The notes under the pieces are model-generated. The model was not told where the DNA came from and did no database searches. It saw nothing but the letters and a program-made list of their open reading frames with translations. This document shows positions 23,763-36,655 of a stretch of DNA of 64,000 bases, piece by piece. A program made the position numbers and the translations under genes. Location of the stretch: contig MU626302.1 of the NCBI GenBank assembly GCA_025603075.1, positions 1 through 64,000 of the forward strand. Reading direction: 5' to 3'. Positions within the stretch are counted from its first letter, which is position 1. Each line of letters starts with the position of its first letter. The DNA is from Neoconidiobolus thromboides FSU 785. Its lineage: Eukaryota; Fungi; Entomophthoromycota.

Positions 23763-25521
23763 ATGGGTTCAAAACCTAATAATGGTAATAAATAGGTTTG
23801 TTTCGATGAACAAATATTAAGTTTTTATAGATAAAAATGGAGGCACAGACGAAGACAAAGTTACAAAGAAAGAAAGAATAGAGTATCCAATTGATGCGAA
23901 TAAAAGTATAATAAACGACAGAGGATTTGATAACGAAAGAGAGACAAAGAATGCGAATCAAGGAGGAGGTAGTGAAGGAAAAATTGAGGATATTGAGTTT
24001 GAAAGAAAGATGAAGAGTTTGGTTGAGTTTTTAGACAGTAAAAAAGAAAAAGCAGAAGAACATGGTAAAAAAGAAGATAATGAAAAAAAAGTTGGCCTTG
24101 ACGTATTAACTACCATGAAAAAATGTGAAAGAATATACTTATCCAAAAGGGTAGTAATGATGTAAGGATTCATAACGATTTTGCTGAATTTTAAGTAATG
24201 TATATCTAGCCATCCACTTCCTATTATCAATATTACGGATCATTTTACACGTATTGATTTATTAAAGAGAAATCCAGAGAATAGACTTCAAGGTGAATTG
24301 CTTTATTTATATATGATTAAAACTTACGATATAAATTAGTCATTGGTATTTTGTTAGGAGCCCAGGGAGGGAATAAAGTAGAGGTTGTTAATTCAATTGA
24401 ACTTAAAGTTAACGTATCTAGCAAAGATAATGGCATTAATGTCGCTATTGATAAAGAGTTTTTAAAGAAAAGATTAATACAAGGTGATGGCAATTTAATA
24501 AATAGCTATTAATTCTAATAAAGCCATTTAGCTAAAGCTGTATTCCCTAAATTAACTGTTATTGGGTGGTATTCTATTGGAAGTATAGCAACTAAAAATG
24601 AACTAGTAATTCAAGAAGAGGTAAATGCTCAGCAAATAGTATAATAACAATTAATTAGACTTATTAGTATTTTTCCAAATTATCTACTTCTCTTATTTTT
24701 CTTCAATTCAATCCTAAGCAAACAAAGAAAGAAAGTATGGGTTCTAAAGTTCAATATAATTTCAACCCACATAACAGAACTAATCTACCAGTAAAGGTCT
24801 ATGAAATTCATAGCATTCAGGGGGAAGAAAGTTATATAGAAACTTTAGATTGCTATATTGAAGCTAATAAAACTCAAAGAATGGCCTTAGATACTATAAA
24901 TCAAACTGTTTGTACCACTTCAACAGAAAATAAAGGTATTAAAGTAGCAAGAGATTTGGATCATAGCTTATGTAAGAATATAATTGACATTTGTTTTAAA
25001 TTGCTTATCGTTTTTAGTGCTTGCTAATGTCAATAAACAAAAAGATGCCATCAATATAATGTTATCTAAATTAAATGTAGTAGTGGATCATTTGGAAAAA
25101 GTTAGTGAAGGTAGTTTTAATTTATTTTAATGGTTCATAAATTGATTGTTTTAATTTAGGAAAAACAAAAACGACGAGTAAAATATTGAGACATATTAGT
25201 TCTGTTGCTCATAAGCTACCTAAGGCTAACAGTGGGACTCAATTTGCTGGAAATGCCATGGCTGAGGTAAATTGTTTGATTAAAGTTTAATGATATGCCT
25301 TTAATTATACTTTTTTACAGGCTTATAATGGATTATTATTAAATAGCTACTTTAACGGAGTCATAAAAAATATTCAAGTCTTGAAAGAAGTGACTAGTAT
25401 TGTCGGATTGAAAGCGGCATTCAAAAGAAAGTATGAGCCAGAAAAAGAGCCCCACTCACGCTCTGATTACCAAGCTCGTTCTAATTCTTATCGTAGAAGA
25501 ACTGGAGAGCATAGGGATTAG
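23763..25521 (+). CDS. CSN6: COP9 signalosome subunit 6 (MPN-minus), multi-exon
   Basis: Spliced VMIHPLPIINITDHFTR...VIGILLGAQGGNKVEVVNSIEL...IDKEFL...AVFPKLTVIGWYSIG...LPVKVYE; eIF3f/Rpn8 paralogy not fully excluded. Confidence 0.8.
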
Positions 25522-26119
25522 CTCGACTTCAATAAATTATAAATCACTTTTTAAAATTCTTGTTCGTTCTTTAATTTAAAGCCCATAGTATTCCTTAGTG
25601 AATTTTTAATTAAATTTTATACATAATTAATTATTGATAGCTATTATAAATTTTGAAAACAAAAAAAGTAAAATGCCTAAAAATAAACGAAATCTGTTAA
25701 ATCTATGAGGAAATGAACGGTAAAATTAAAAAAATTAAATTCGCTAAAGGAACCTTGTTAAGGAATAAAATGAATATGGTAAAGTGGATTCAAGATCCAT
25801 TATTAATTGTCCGCTAAAAAGGTGTAACAAACAATTGCATATAGTTTATTATAGTTTAAAACTACAATTTATAATTAAACTGATGGTTTATGATTAATTA
25901 GTCATAATATAGTTTATGATCCTTTAGAATATTACTAACATTTAGATAAACTATATCATTTTTATTTAGATTAATAGCAAGCTTAACTAGAATTTAATGC
26001 GAATCAACATAATTTTAAAAGAACCAATAGATCACTGAAAGAAACAATTGCATTTAATATTTTCAAAACAAGATTCTAATTTAAAAACCATTTTTAAAAA
26101 ATAATTATAAATTTTCAAA

Positions 26120-29100
26120 ATGACCAAGCCGATGCGAGGAAAAAAACAAGGCTACCGTGACTTTGTAGAAAATAGCAATAAGCATTTAATTAATTTACCT
26201 GATAAAGTATCACCAGGCCCAGTATCTCAAGTGTATGTACCAATTGTATCAAATGAAAAGAAAGGTGACGACAACTACCAATTCTATCAAAATGTTTACA
26301 ACTCACCAAATGCTGTCAAATACCAGCCCCAAATAGATCCAAAAAAAGACATATCAATCGTTAGTCCTCCGAATAATGGAAGGGGGAATTACCAAGTATT
26401 TTGACTTTAAATTTATTGTCCAAATGCTGATTGTTTTTTTTAGATTCCTAATATGCCTAACCTCCCTAGTGATAGAAGTTATAGAGTAACAATGTTTATT
26501 AATCGTGTAATCATATCACTGATGTTAAATTTAGCTCGGCAATATTCCTCAATCGCCTGGCAATAATAATACGAATAAAGAAGTAACCATTTAGGTTTGT
26601 ATTTTATACGAATATTAATTCACTTATTATTTAGAATCCAATAGTTCCACCAAAAGCCCCGAATCGCGAAAAGAACAGAGTTTACAAATTTATTGATCCG
26701 GTAAATAAGAAATATAAATTAGCTATAGTAATATATTTATAACTTAACATTAGGTTAATAATCCAAATTCACCAATGCAACCAGTATATCATATTCCAGG
26801 GCATCAAGCAAACAACCCGTTCCAAGCTATGCCAGACCCAAAAAGTTATATATCAAATATAAACAATAAATCAAACTTTAATGATAACATAAACCCTCCT
26901 TTCCCTATGATGATGCCCATGCCACAAATGCCACAAATTCCAGATTTGTCACAATTTAGTACTTCCTTTCCAACTAATCTCGATGAAAGCGAAAAAGAAA
27001 TTGTCGTACCTATAGGTGAAATAGACAAATTAATGATTGACATTGCTGGTATTAACTATAATGATCAATCCAAAAAGTTTAGTATTGATAAGGTAACACC
27101 ACCAGCTAGTGATAACCAAATTTTGTTATCTTCTATGGGCAGTAATAGCAGTAGTGGCAGTAATAATGATGGTTGTATAGTAGTATCTCCAAGTAGACTT
27201 TCTCCAGTTGATGGGAGACCGGGATATTTTAATCATGATAGCAATGGTAAATCGAAGAATGAGACAAAGAAAACGACTAAGACAGCTACAAATGAGCGTT
27301 ATCAATTTTCTAATTTTGCTGCTAATGGGAGTAATAGTCAGAATAATGTAATTAATTATAACATAATATTTATGAATAATGTAATGTTAACTCTATTATT
27401 TCTAGGATCAAGGAAAATACACCAATGTCATGAAATCCGGATCTGAAGTTAGTCCCACTAATGCAGTAAGTTTCTAGTAATACATTGATTAATACAGCAG
27501 TTAATTATGATTATTAGAAATCAAATACAAATAAGTGTATCAATCCATTAAATTCAACAAACAGTTATTCAAATGAAGTTAATGAGTTTAGTTTCTTTAA
27601 AAAAGAGTTCAATAATTTAGAAAATTTAAGCAAACGATCCTTGTTTATTCATGTTTATTTAGAAAGAGAGATCAAGTTTTATAACAGTTTAAAATCTGTC
27701 TATTCTGTAAGGCTACTATTAATACGCTATTTAGTTCAAATACTTACCATTTATTTAGATGATTAACAAAAGGATTCAAGATAGTCAAATTTTTGATGAA
27801 GAAACAACAAAAGAAGCAATAGAAACTATTTTATTTAACATACCAAAGATTTTGGATTTTTATAAAGGATTTATTACTACTTTAATTGAAAAATATAGGG
27901 TTGAATATAATGATAAAAGCGAAGTAGATTATGGAGATACCTTCTTGAAACATATCAATGACTTTATCGAGTTTGTTGATTTTACTAGACATTACCCTTC
28001 TATTAAACAATATATATCGACAGCTCAAAAAAATTCTATGAAATTTAGACTTTGGCTTCAGGTAAATATTTAATAATATAGCTTATATTTAATGTTAATG
28101 TTGATGTTCTTAAATAGAGTTTAGAAAAGCAATGCTTCTCTAAAGAAATGTCAGTAATTGATTATTTGAGTTCAATCCGTTATCATTTAGATCCACAGAT
28201 AGCACAGTTACAAGAAATTTTTCAAGAAACAAAGGGCAGTAATAATGATATTTATGTGTTAGAAATGGTCATCAACTCATTTAAGAATATGGTGGATGAT
28301 ATTTCAAGTATTAGAGAAAGTAATGATGTTTTAGAGGAAAGAACTAATAGGAGGAGAGCTACCTATTTGCCTGAAAATTTACAACATCTCTCAAAAACAT
28401 TGATTTTAGACAATGATTTGGAAAACCAGTTGCAAGTTAGCGGCTATATTAATTTTGTAAGTTTAAGTCGGCTTTATTGACTATGATGGAAGATTGACTT
28501 TTATGATTTTGTTTAGGATGGATCAGATTTTAAAAGTTCTATTCCTAAGGATTTAACTGACGGTTTATCTGAGGATGAATTTAAAAGACAAGAAGCTATC
28601 TTTGAGCTATGTCGTACTGAGAGAGACTATTTAAGGGATTTGATCACAATACGAAAAGTAATAATTTTATAATAATTGTAATAGTAAATTTATATAATGA
28701 TTTTATAGGTATTTATTGAAGGATTGAAAAGCAGTCAATGTTATCCAAGTGATCAAGTTGATATAATAGCTCATAAATTATTTTTCAATTATTTGGACAT
28801 TAAAAAAATCCATGAGCCATTATGTTTAGGCTTAAGCTCGAGACAAAAGAATATGCCAGTGATTAAAAGTATTGGAGATATTTTAGTTTTATGGGCTGAA
28901 CAACTGGATCCCTATAATATCTACGGTGCAAGAATTCAATTTGCTACCGATTTTGTAGCCAAAGAAAAAAACAACAACATCAAATTCCAGCAATATTTAA
29001 ATGAGTGTAGTCAAAAAAAAGAACTAAAGAGATTAACCATTGATTCATTTATTTCTCTTCCAACTAGAAGATTAGCAAGATATCCACTCTTGTTTAAAGA

Positions 29101-29797
29101 GATTATGAAAAGAACTCCAGAAGATAACCCAGACTATAAACTGATACCTCAAGCTTTAGAACATTTGAATCGTCAGCTTAGCTATATTAATCAAACAAAA
29201 GGAGAAACAGACTCTAAGTTAAGATTGAGGGCAATCTCAGATAGATTAGAAGATCCTGGTCACATGTTGGAGTACCCTCATATCGATTTGGCTTTGGAGC
29301 ATGATGAGAGACGGTTGATTAAAGAAGGGGATGTTAAATTGGTAAAGAATTCGATACCTTTGAAGTTGTTTTTGTTTGATCATTATGTGCTATTAGTTAA
29401 AGAACATGAGTTAAGCGAGGATCTTTATGAGTATGAAGTATTTAGAAAGGTAGCAATAATATAATAGCAATTAATTTATTTAATTTTGATTTATTTTTTA
29501 TCAGCCAATTAGTATAGATAAAATATCTATTTCAGGTTCGGTAACGAGTGGCATGCTTCAAGTGTCTGCGGTAAGTCAACCATATTCATTCAAACAGGTT
29601 TGTTAATTTAATGTTTTGAATAGGGCAATAACTTTTTCGGATCTGTATTTTCCAGTTCAAACTCCAATTTACCGGACCCTAAATTATGTTTTTCGATCTA
29701 TAATTATAATACTAAAGAAACTATTTATCTTGCGTTGAATAATGAGAGAGAGAAAAACCAATGGATAACAGCATTTGAATCGATCACTAATCCTTAA
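26120..29797 (+). CDS. Rho guanine-nucleotide exchange factor (degenerate DH + DH + PH), multi-exon
   Basis: KRQEAIFELCRTERDYLRDL; LTIDSFISLPTRRLARYPLLFKEIMKRTPEDNPD; PH-like LIKEG...LFLFDHYVLLVK...EKNQWITAF; Pro-rich N-terminus. Confidence 0.88.
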
Positions 29798-29862
29798 TAT
29801 TTAACTTTGTTTATTTTAATAATAATTTTTTATTGTATCGTCTGTTACCCGTCTTAACATAT

Positions 29863-29956
29863 GAGAATGTTTTTTTTGGTTTCATCACTTTTCTATTTTT
29901 AGGCACTATTTGAGAAGAAAAACTGATAGTAAAATTATTTAAAAAAATACATTTCC
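29863..29956 (-). mobile_element. MITE family copy 7
   Basis: ATAT|GAGAATGTTTTTTTTGGTTTCATCAC...AAAAAAATACATTTCC|ATAT; exact TSD. Confidence 0.85.
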
Positions 29957-30319
29957 ATATGCTTTTATTTTATGATTGTTTTTTATTTGAATAGAATCAG
30001 CTTTAACGAAGTTAAATAACAAAATATAAACATATTTTGTAGCATTAAAAAATTTAAAAACTTAGAAATTTAAGCATTCGACTTGTAATTTTTAATTAAA
30101 AACCTTAATTTAAATTCCTTAATTAAGTAATTGATAATGCTAATTTACCAAAAAAAATTGAATTAAAAAAAATTCATGTTTTTCAATCAACTAGACAACC
30201 GTTTCATCAACGGTAATAAAACATAAGGGTCATTATTAAATAATAGTTTTTAAACTTGTAATAAATAAAAACGAGTTATTAATCCGCTATTTTCCTTCTT
30301 TGTTAATTTTGATTATCAA

Positions 30320-31762
30320 ATGTTTACTATTTTACTCTATCTAGTTTATTTTACTTCTACCATCTTTTCTATAAACCGTGAAGAATTTATCTCCGATTCT
30401 GAGTTTCATTCCAAGTTAGATGTAGAAGCTTATCGTACACGTGTCATAAGAGATGAATTCAGCCAAAGCTGGGATAAATATCGTAAGGTAGCTATGGGGG
30501 CCGATGAGATAGGACCGATGGATGGAAAAATGATTAATAATACTTGGAATGGGTGGGGAGTAACTTTAGTAGATTCTTTAGATACCTTATGGCTAATGGG
30601 TTTAAAAAAAGAATTTAAAGAAGCTGTTGAAGTAGTGAGTCATAGTGATTACAAACGTGGGGCACAAAAATTATCTTTTTTTGAAATTACTATCCGTTAT
30701 TTAGGTGGTTTGATTTCAGCTTATGATTTATCGGGTGAAAAGATATTGTTGGATAAAGCTAAAGATTTGGCTGATGCTATGCTAAATGATTTTAGTTCTC
30801 CTTCTGGACTTCCTTATGTTACTTTTGATTTTAGAACTGGTAAACCAGTTAAGGATACCTTTGCTTCTTTAGCCAATGTTGGTACTTGTCAGTTAGAATT
30901 TACTAGACTCAGCTTAATTACTGGAGATAATAAATATCGTCAAATTGCAAATAATGTATATGATGTTTTAGATAGAAAGAAAAAAGATCGTGGACTTTAT
31001 AATATGGAAGTTAATGTTGAAACAGGAGATTATTCAACAAATGCTTTTGGTTTAGGTGGTGGTGCTGATTCCTTTTTCGAATATTTGATTAAGTTATATA
31101 TCATGCTTGGACCTCAAGATAAAGTTAGGAATAAATATCTCCGTATGTTTGATGATAGTATGGTTAAAATGAAAGAAAAACTATTGACCACTTGTTATAA
31201 AGGACATCAATGTTTAGGTCATACTGGTAATGATAATAAGTTAATACCAGAGATGCACCACTTGGAATTTTTTATTCCTGGGATGTTATTGTTAGGAAAT
31301 GATCATTTACCAGATAAAGGTTTGAAAAAGATAGCTTTAGATCTATTAGAAACTTATAGTATTATACCTGAATTATCAGAAACCAATTTAGCACCTGAAA
31401 ATACAAAGTTTAGTAATTTAGAAATTGAATTTATTAATCCAGCCAACTTCTTACGACCTGAGTTATCAGAGTCCTTATATTATGCTTATCTATATACTGG
31501 GGATAAAAAATATCAAGATCGTAGTTGGAATTTATTTTTAGCGTTCCAAAAGTTTTCAAAAAGTAAGTTTGGGTTTACTGAATATAAAGATGTGAACTCT
31601 AGAGAGAAATCAGAAAATCAAGAAAACGTAATGCAATCCTTTTTTTATGCTGAGACATTCAAGTATTTATATCTTATACAAGCCCCTAAAAATACCCTTA
31701 ACCTTAACGATTGGGTATTTAATACTGAAGCTCATCCCTTTAAAATTTCAAAATCTTCCTAA
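30320..31762 (+). CDS. Glycoside hydrolase family 47 alpha-1,2-mannosidase, intronless
   Basis: Signal peptide; GWGVTLVDSLDTL, FFEITIRYLGGLISAY, GGGADSFFEYLIK, LRPELSES, MQSFFYAETFKYLYL, NTEAHP. Confidence 0.95.
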   Translation: MFTILLYLVYFTSTIFSINREEFISDSEFHSKLDVEAYRTRVIRDEFSQSWDKYRKVAMGADEIGPMDGKMINNTWNGWGVTLVDSLDTLWLMGLKKEFKEAVEVVSHSDYKRGAQKLSFFEITIRYLGGLISAYDLSGEKILLDKAKDLADAMLNDFSSPSGLPYVTFDFRTGKPVKDTFASLANVGTCQLEFTRLSLITGDNKYRQIANNVYDVLDRKKKDRGLYNMEVNVETGDYSTNAFGLGGGADSFFEYLIKLYIMLGPQDKVRNKYLRMFDDSMVKMKEKLLTTCYKGHQCLGHTGNDNKLIPEMHHLEFFIPGMLLLGNDHLPDKGLKKIALDLLETYSIIPELSETNLAPENTKFSNLEIEFINPANFLRPELSESLYYAYLYTGDKKYQDRSWNLFLAFQKFSKSKFGFTEYKDVNSREKSENQENVMQSFFYAETFKYLYLIQAPKNTLNLNDWVFNTEAHPFKISKSS

Positions 31763-32466
31763 ATTGTTTCTCATTTTGATAGATTACTTTAATAAATAAA
31801 TTGAAACTAAATCTTTAAACTTTTATAGTATTTTTAAAAAAATAATGTACTACATGTTACTTTCATAGGTCTTGAATTTCAGACATCTATATATGACATG
31901 ATTATCGTTCCATGAATTTTATTATCGCTTATATTATATCGTTCTTACATTCATATTTACACAATCAACTATTACTCTTGTGTTTTTAGATGATGGTAAT
32001 GTTTATTAACAAATACTACAAGATCAAAATTCATACATGGAATTTACATCCTTTACAATCGTTTCATCATCGCAAAATTTGTTTTTATTTATTATACTTA
32101 GGATCTTATCATTCTCTAGTCTTGTTCATTCTCTGTTACATCATCTTCATACTTAGTTTAAATCAATCTTCCTTTTCTTCTATTGAAAGTTGCTCACTAT
32201 ATTCTAATTTAAATACTCCATCATTAAATGATAAGTTTATTTTTAAAAAGGAAACAATATTAAAAAAATTCGTAATTAAAAATTCTAAGTCTATTTCGAA
32301 CTTCAAAATTATTCTGTAAATAGAACACATTTTATTGCCAATTAAAAGGATAATGACCCCATTTAATTGGCTAAAAAGAAATACCAGTTCATCGAGAAAC
32401 AACAAGCTTTGATGTAAAGGCTCGCTACCAGGTGAAACTTCCTCTCCTCAAAGTTTATAAAAACAA

Positions 32467-33704
32467 ATGGTATGTATAAAGACAGAATCAAATAAAATAA
32501 ACGACGATCTATAGCTACATCGAATATGAAGATGGATGCATCTATATAAAAAACGTAAAAAAAACATATAATAACAAATTCCATTTAGGCTGCCATTCGT
32601 CCAGTAGTAAATGTATATGATGAATCCAACGCATTAGTTGGTGAAGTACCAATGCAAGCCGTTTTCAAAGTAGATATCCGTCCTTATCTTATCCAACATG
32701 TCCACACTAATATGGCTAAAAACAAGAGACAACCTTACGCCGTAAGCGAAAAGGCTGGTCATCAAACTTCAGCTGAATCTTGGGGTACTGGTCGTGCCGT
32801 TGCCCGTATTCCACGTGTATCTGGTGGAGGTACTCATCGTGCTGGTCAAGCTGCTTTTGGTAATATGTGCCGTGGTGGTCGTATGTTTGCTCCAACTAAA
32901 ATCTGGCGTAAGTGGCATGTAAAGACCAACTTGAATACTAGAAGAGTTGCTACTGCTTCAGCTATCGCTGCTACTGCTGTTGCTCCACTTTTATTAGCCC
33001 GTGGTCATCGTATTGAACAAATCCCAGAAGTTCCATTAGTTGTATCTTCTTCCGTTGAAAAATTACAAAAAACTAAAGAAGCTGTTACTGTCTTAAAAGC
33101 TTTAAACGCTTATAATGATGTTGTTAAAGTTGCTAACTCCAGATCTATCCGTGCTGGTAAAGGTAAATTAAGAAACCGTCGTCATCGTCAAAGACGTGGT
33201 CCATTAGTTATCTATAACAAAGATGAAGGTATTACCCGTGCTTTCAGAAATTTACCAGGTGTTGAATTAGCTAATGTTAACAAATTAAATTTATTACAGT
33301 TAGCTCCAGGAGGTCACTGTGGACGTTTTGTCATCTGGACTCAAGATGCTTTCAAAGCTTTAGATACTATTTATGGTACTTATGAACAAGCTTCTATCAA
33401 GAAGAACTTCTCCCTCCCATATTCTTCCGTATCTAACACTGATATTGGTCGTATCATTGATAGCGAAGAAATTCAAGCTGTCGTTAGAGCTGCCAAAGTC
33501 CAAGGTAAATCTAAAGTTGCTAAAGCTAATCCACTTGCCAACAACAAAGCTTTATTTGCTCTTAACCCATATGCTTATAATGCTAAAAAAGCTGAACGTC
33601 AACGTCATGCTGCTATCTTAAAACAAAAGGCTGATGGTACTTATAAGAAAACTTCAAAGAAGGTCAAGAACACTAAGTTCGTTGAACTCCTTAAGTCTGA
33701 ATAA
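32467..33704 (+). CDS. RPL4: 60S ribosomal protein L4 (uL4); ATG-only first coding exon
   Basis: ATG 32467-32469, intron GTATGT...TTTAG 32470-32588, then AAIRPVVNV...[30 protein letters not shown]. Confidence 0.97.
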
Positions 33705-33804
33705 GTATTCAATTTTCAATTAAAAAATAATGGTATTTATTACTATAAAATTTATCTTCTAATTAAATAGAGTTTAATATTTGTCTTTAACATACTTTTA
33801 TTTA

Positions 33805-36095
33805 TTAATTTTTAGATGGTTTAGTACTCGGAGAAGATATCAGAGTTGGTACTATCCTTTTTTTTAATTTACTTGGGCTTAATATGTCACTTGCTATATT
33901 TTCATCTTGAACTTTTACTTCATTTGTAGTTGTATTTTGTAGTATTGTTGGTGTGTCATTTTTATTTTGCTTTGGTTTCTTTTTAGGTGATAATATATTA
34001 ACAAATTGATAATGTTTAATATTTTCTACTTTTGAATTTCTAACTGTGTTATTTAACATTTTATTCTCTCCTTCCATTACTACCTTTATTCCTTTAGTCG
34101 GCGTATGATCCATTGTTTTAGTAGGTGATATTAATTTATTTTTATCATTCTTCTTTTTTTCTTTTTTGATTTTTGGTGTTTCTATTTTTACAGGTGTATC
34201 TACTTTAACTGTTTCTGATTTTGTATTAGAAACTTTGGGTTTTGTTTCAAAACTAACAATATTATTAGAGAACGCTATATTCAATGGAATCCCCAATTCA
34301 TGATCTTCAAATCGTATCATTGAAACAAAACCATCCGTAGAACTTATTAATAAAGTATTACCATCGGGCGACCTAATAAAATTTATTTAATACTGGTATT
34401 CATATTATTCACATTGTTACTATTATTACCAACTAAGATCAGTTAAAGTAGCAAAATGTAAATTAGAAACATAAGCAATTGGATTTAGATGTTGAGTATC
34501 ATATATAAAAATGGAATTTTGTGTAGCAACTGCAAATACACAACGATAATCTAAATTTAATATTTCTCTTTGCCCATTATTAAATTCCATTTTTTTATAT
34601 ACTCTTGGTGAGGCTTTAATTGCGATAGGTGGTTGTTCAAATCCACTTAGTTTTAATATTGGTGAGCTAAAAAAATTAATCATTTAATATCAAATATTGA
34701 AACAAATACAAATAAACATACTTTGCTATAGCTCCACGAGTATAAATATAAACAACAAAATGAGCTTGATCATCTGCTGATTCTTTAAAGATACCAGCTG
34801 GAGTTAAAGCTAATGAACCATCTGGAGTAAAATCTGGTCTCCTAAAAAAAGATTTTAAATTTTCAGATTGGTATAAATAATAAAACGCATTATTTGTTTT
34901 ATTTAATTCTTCGTTATAATTATTTATCTCTTTTAATTTGTCCTCCTTAAAATCTAATTTCCAATTACTATTCACACACTTTATAATCATTGTTCCTGAA
35001 CTTGATTTATATTGAAATTTATGTATTTTAACAGTTCTATTAAAATAAAATGTGTTAATAAATAATTTAGTTAATATAACATAGCAATGCAATAATATAA
35101 TTTACCTATCACTACTTTGAGTAATAATGTATTCATTTAAAGGGTCCCAAGCAACCCCTTGAATATAATGCTTATGTTCATTAATAATAGCCAAACAACG
35201 ACTAGTAGAAATATCCCAAACTCTAGCTGTATTATCGACTGAACCAGTAACAATAAATTGACCATTTGGGGACCAAGTTAAATCGTAAATATCTGATAGT
35301 GAACCTCTAAAATTTTATAAAATTCATATTAATTTTTTAAAAATATGTACGTAGGGGAGGAGAAAGTAAAACTACCTTAACACAGCCACCGTCTTCCATC
35401 TTTCTAATGCATATTCGTCTATTCCTTGCCCTGATATATTATTATTGATGCCACTATCTTGTTGTATTATACTTCCATCTTCTCTTACTAAATCTTCTTT
35501 CTTTTTCCATAATAAAATGGAGCCATCTTTTAACAAAATTAATAAAATAAATATAATTCGGAATTCGAATAACTTACCATCTCCAGCGGATGCTAACATT
35601 GAACCTATTTAAATAAAAGAATTTATTAACTTAAAATCCCGTTTTCAAATAATTAACTTACCATCCGGTGAAAATTTAACTACGTTAACAGGTGCATTAT
35701 GACCTGATAAAGTAGCCATATATTCTATGGTTAATGGTAACTCTTTCACTTGCTTTGATTTTGATATTTCATTTTTTGAAAAATCTATTACTAACGGATC
35801 TTTTTTATTCTTTTTTAAACCTTCATTAACTATTGGGAATACTTCTTCTCCTCTAGGGACTAAACGCCATAACTGCAAAAAAAAAAGGAATAGTTGAGTT
35901 AATGTGTAAGATGAGGTGAGTTATTAAGTTGAGTAATATTGATAGGATGTAAATGAAATGAAATCAATTTTGACTTACTCTAACAGTACTATCACTTCCA
36001 CAAGTAGCAAAATAATCTTTTATATTGGGATGGAAATCTAAGGAATAGATTGGGTCCTTACAATGCCATAAGAATTGTAAGGTGCTCGCTTTCAT
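33805..36095 (-). CDS. CAC2: Chromatin assembly factor 1 subunit B (WD40), multi-exon
   Basis: MKASTLQFLWHCKDPIYSLDFHP; ATLSGHNAPVNVVKFSPDG; SFFRRPDFTPDGSL; SNLHFATLTDLSWSPDG; basic C-tail KKRIVPTLI. Confidence 0.93.
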
Positions 36096-36655
36096 TGCTA
36101 GTTAAAATAAAAAAGAAGTAAATGGTAATAAATGGGTTATATCAAGCTTTATTAAAGCTTTAGTTATGAGGAACCAATCAATTAGTAGGAGTTTTTTATT
36201 ATCTTATTATGAAAAAGGATTTTTGTACTTTTTAACTTGATATGATAAGAAATATTGATATACTTGCTGTAGCTAAGCATTTTTGATGGCAGGATTTATG
36301 GAATTATATATTATTCGAAATATGTCTATTTTATTAAACATTTCAATATTTAAATTTTAGCTTATTGATTTTTGAAATAAAATGGGATAAAGTAATAGAA
36401 GCCATGAATAGAACAATAAACAAATAAATGTAAAAATATAAAATTACGAAAATTAGCAAATACACATTTTTATGTTATTATAATTTTTGATGCATAAAAT
36501 TAAATTTTAATATTAATATTGAAATTTGATTAATATACCAAATTTATCCCTTTAAAAAATTACAAAAAGCAGTCTCGCATCTACGAATAATCCCATGAAT
36601 CAATTCAAATAATCATCAAAAAAACTCAAAAAACAATTTTTTAAAACTTATCTCA

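Noticed and set aside
25787-25799. 13-bp match (GGATTCAAGATCC) to the reverse complement of ERV14 coding sequence
   Set aside because: Short isolated match with no extension; expected by chance
31856-32075. U3/box C-D snoRNA-like words (ACTTTCATAGG; TGATGA...CTGA on minus)
   Set aside because: U3 box A continuation GATCATTTCTATAG is absent; no terminal stem or recognisable rRNA guide
31990-32584. ORF-track ORFs upstream of RPL4
   Set aside because: Low-complexity, overlapping on both strands, no motifs; they cover the RPL4 promoter and first intron
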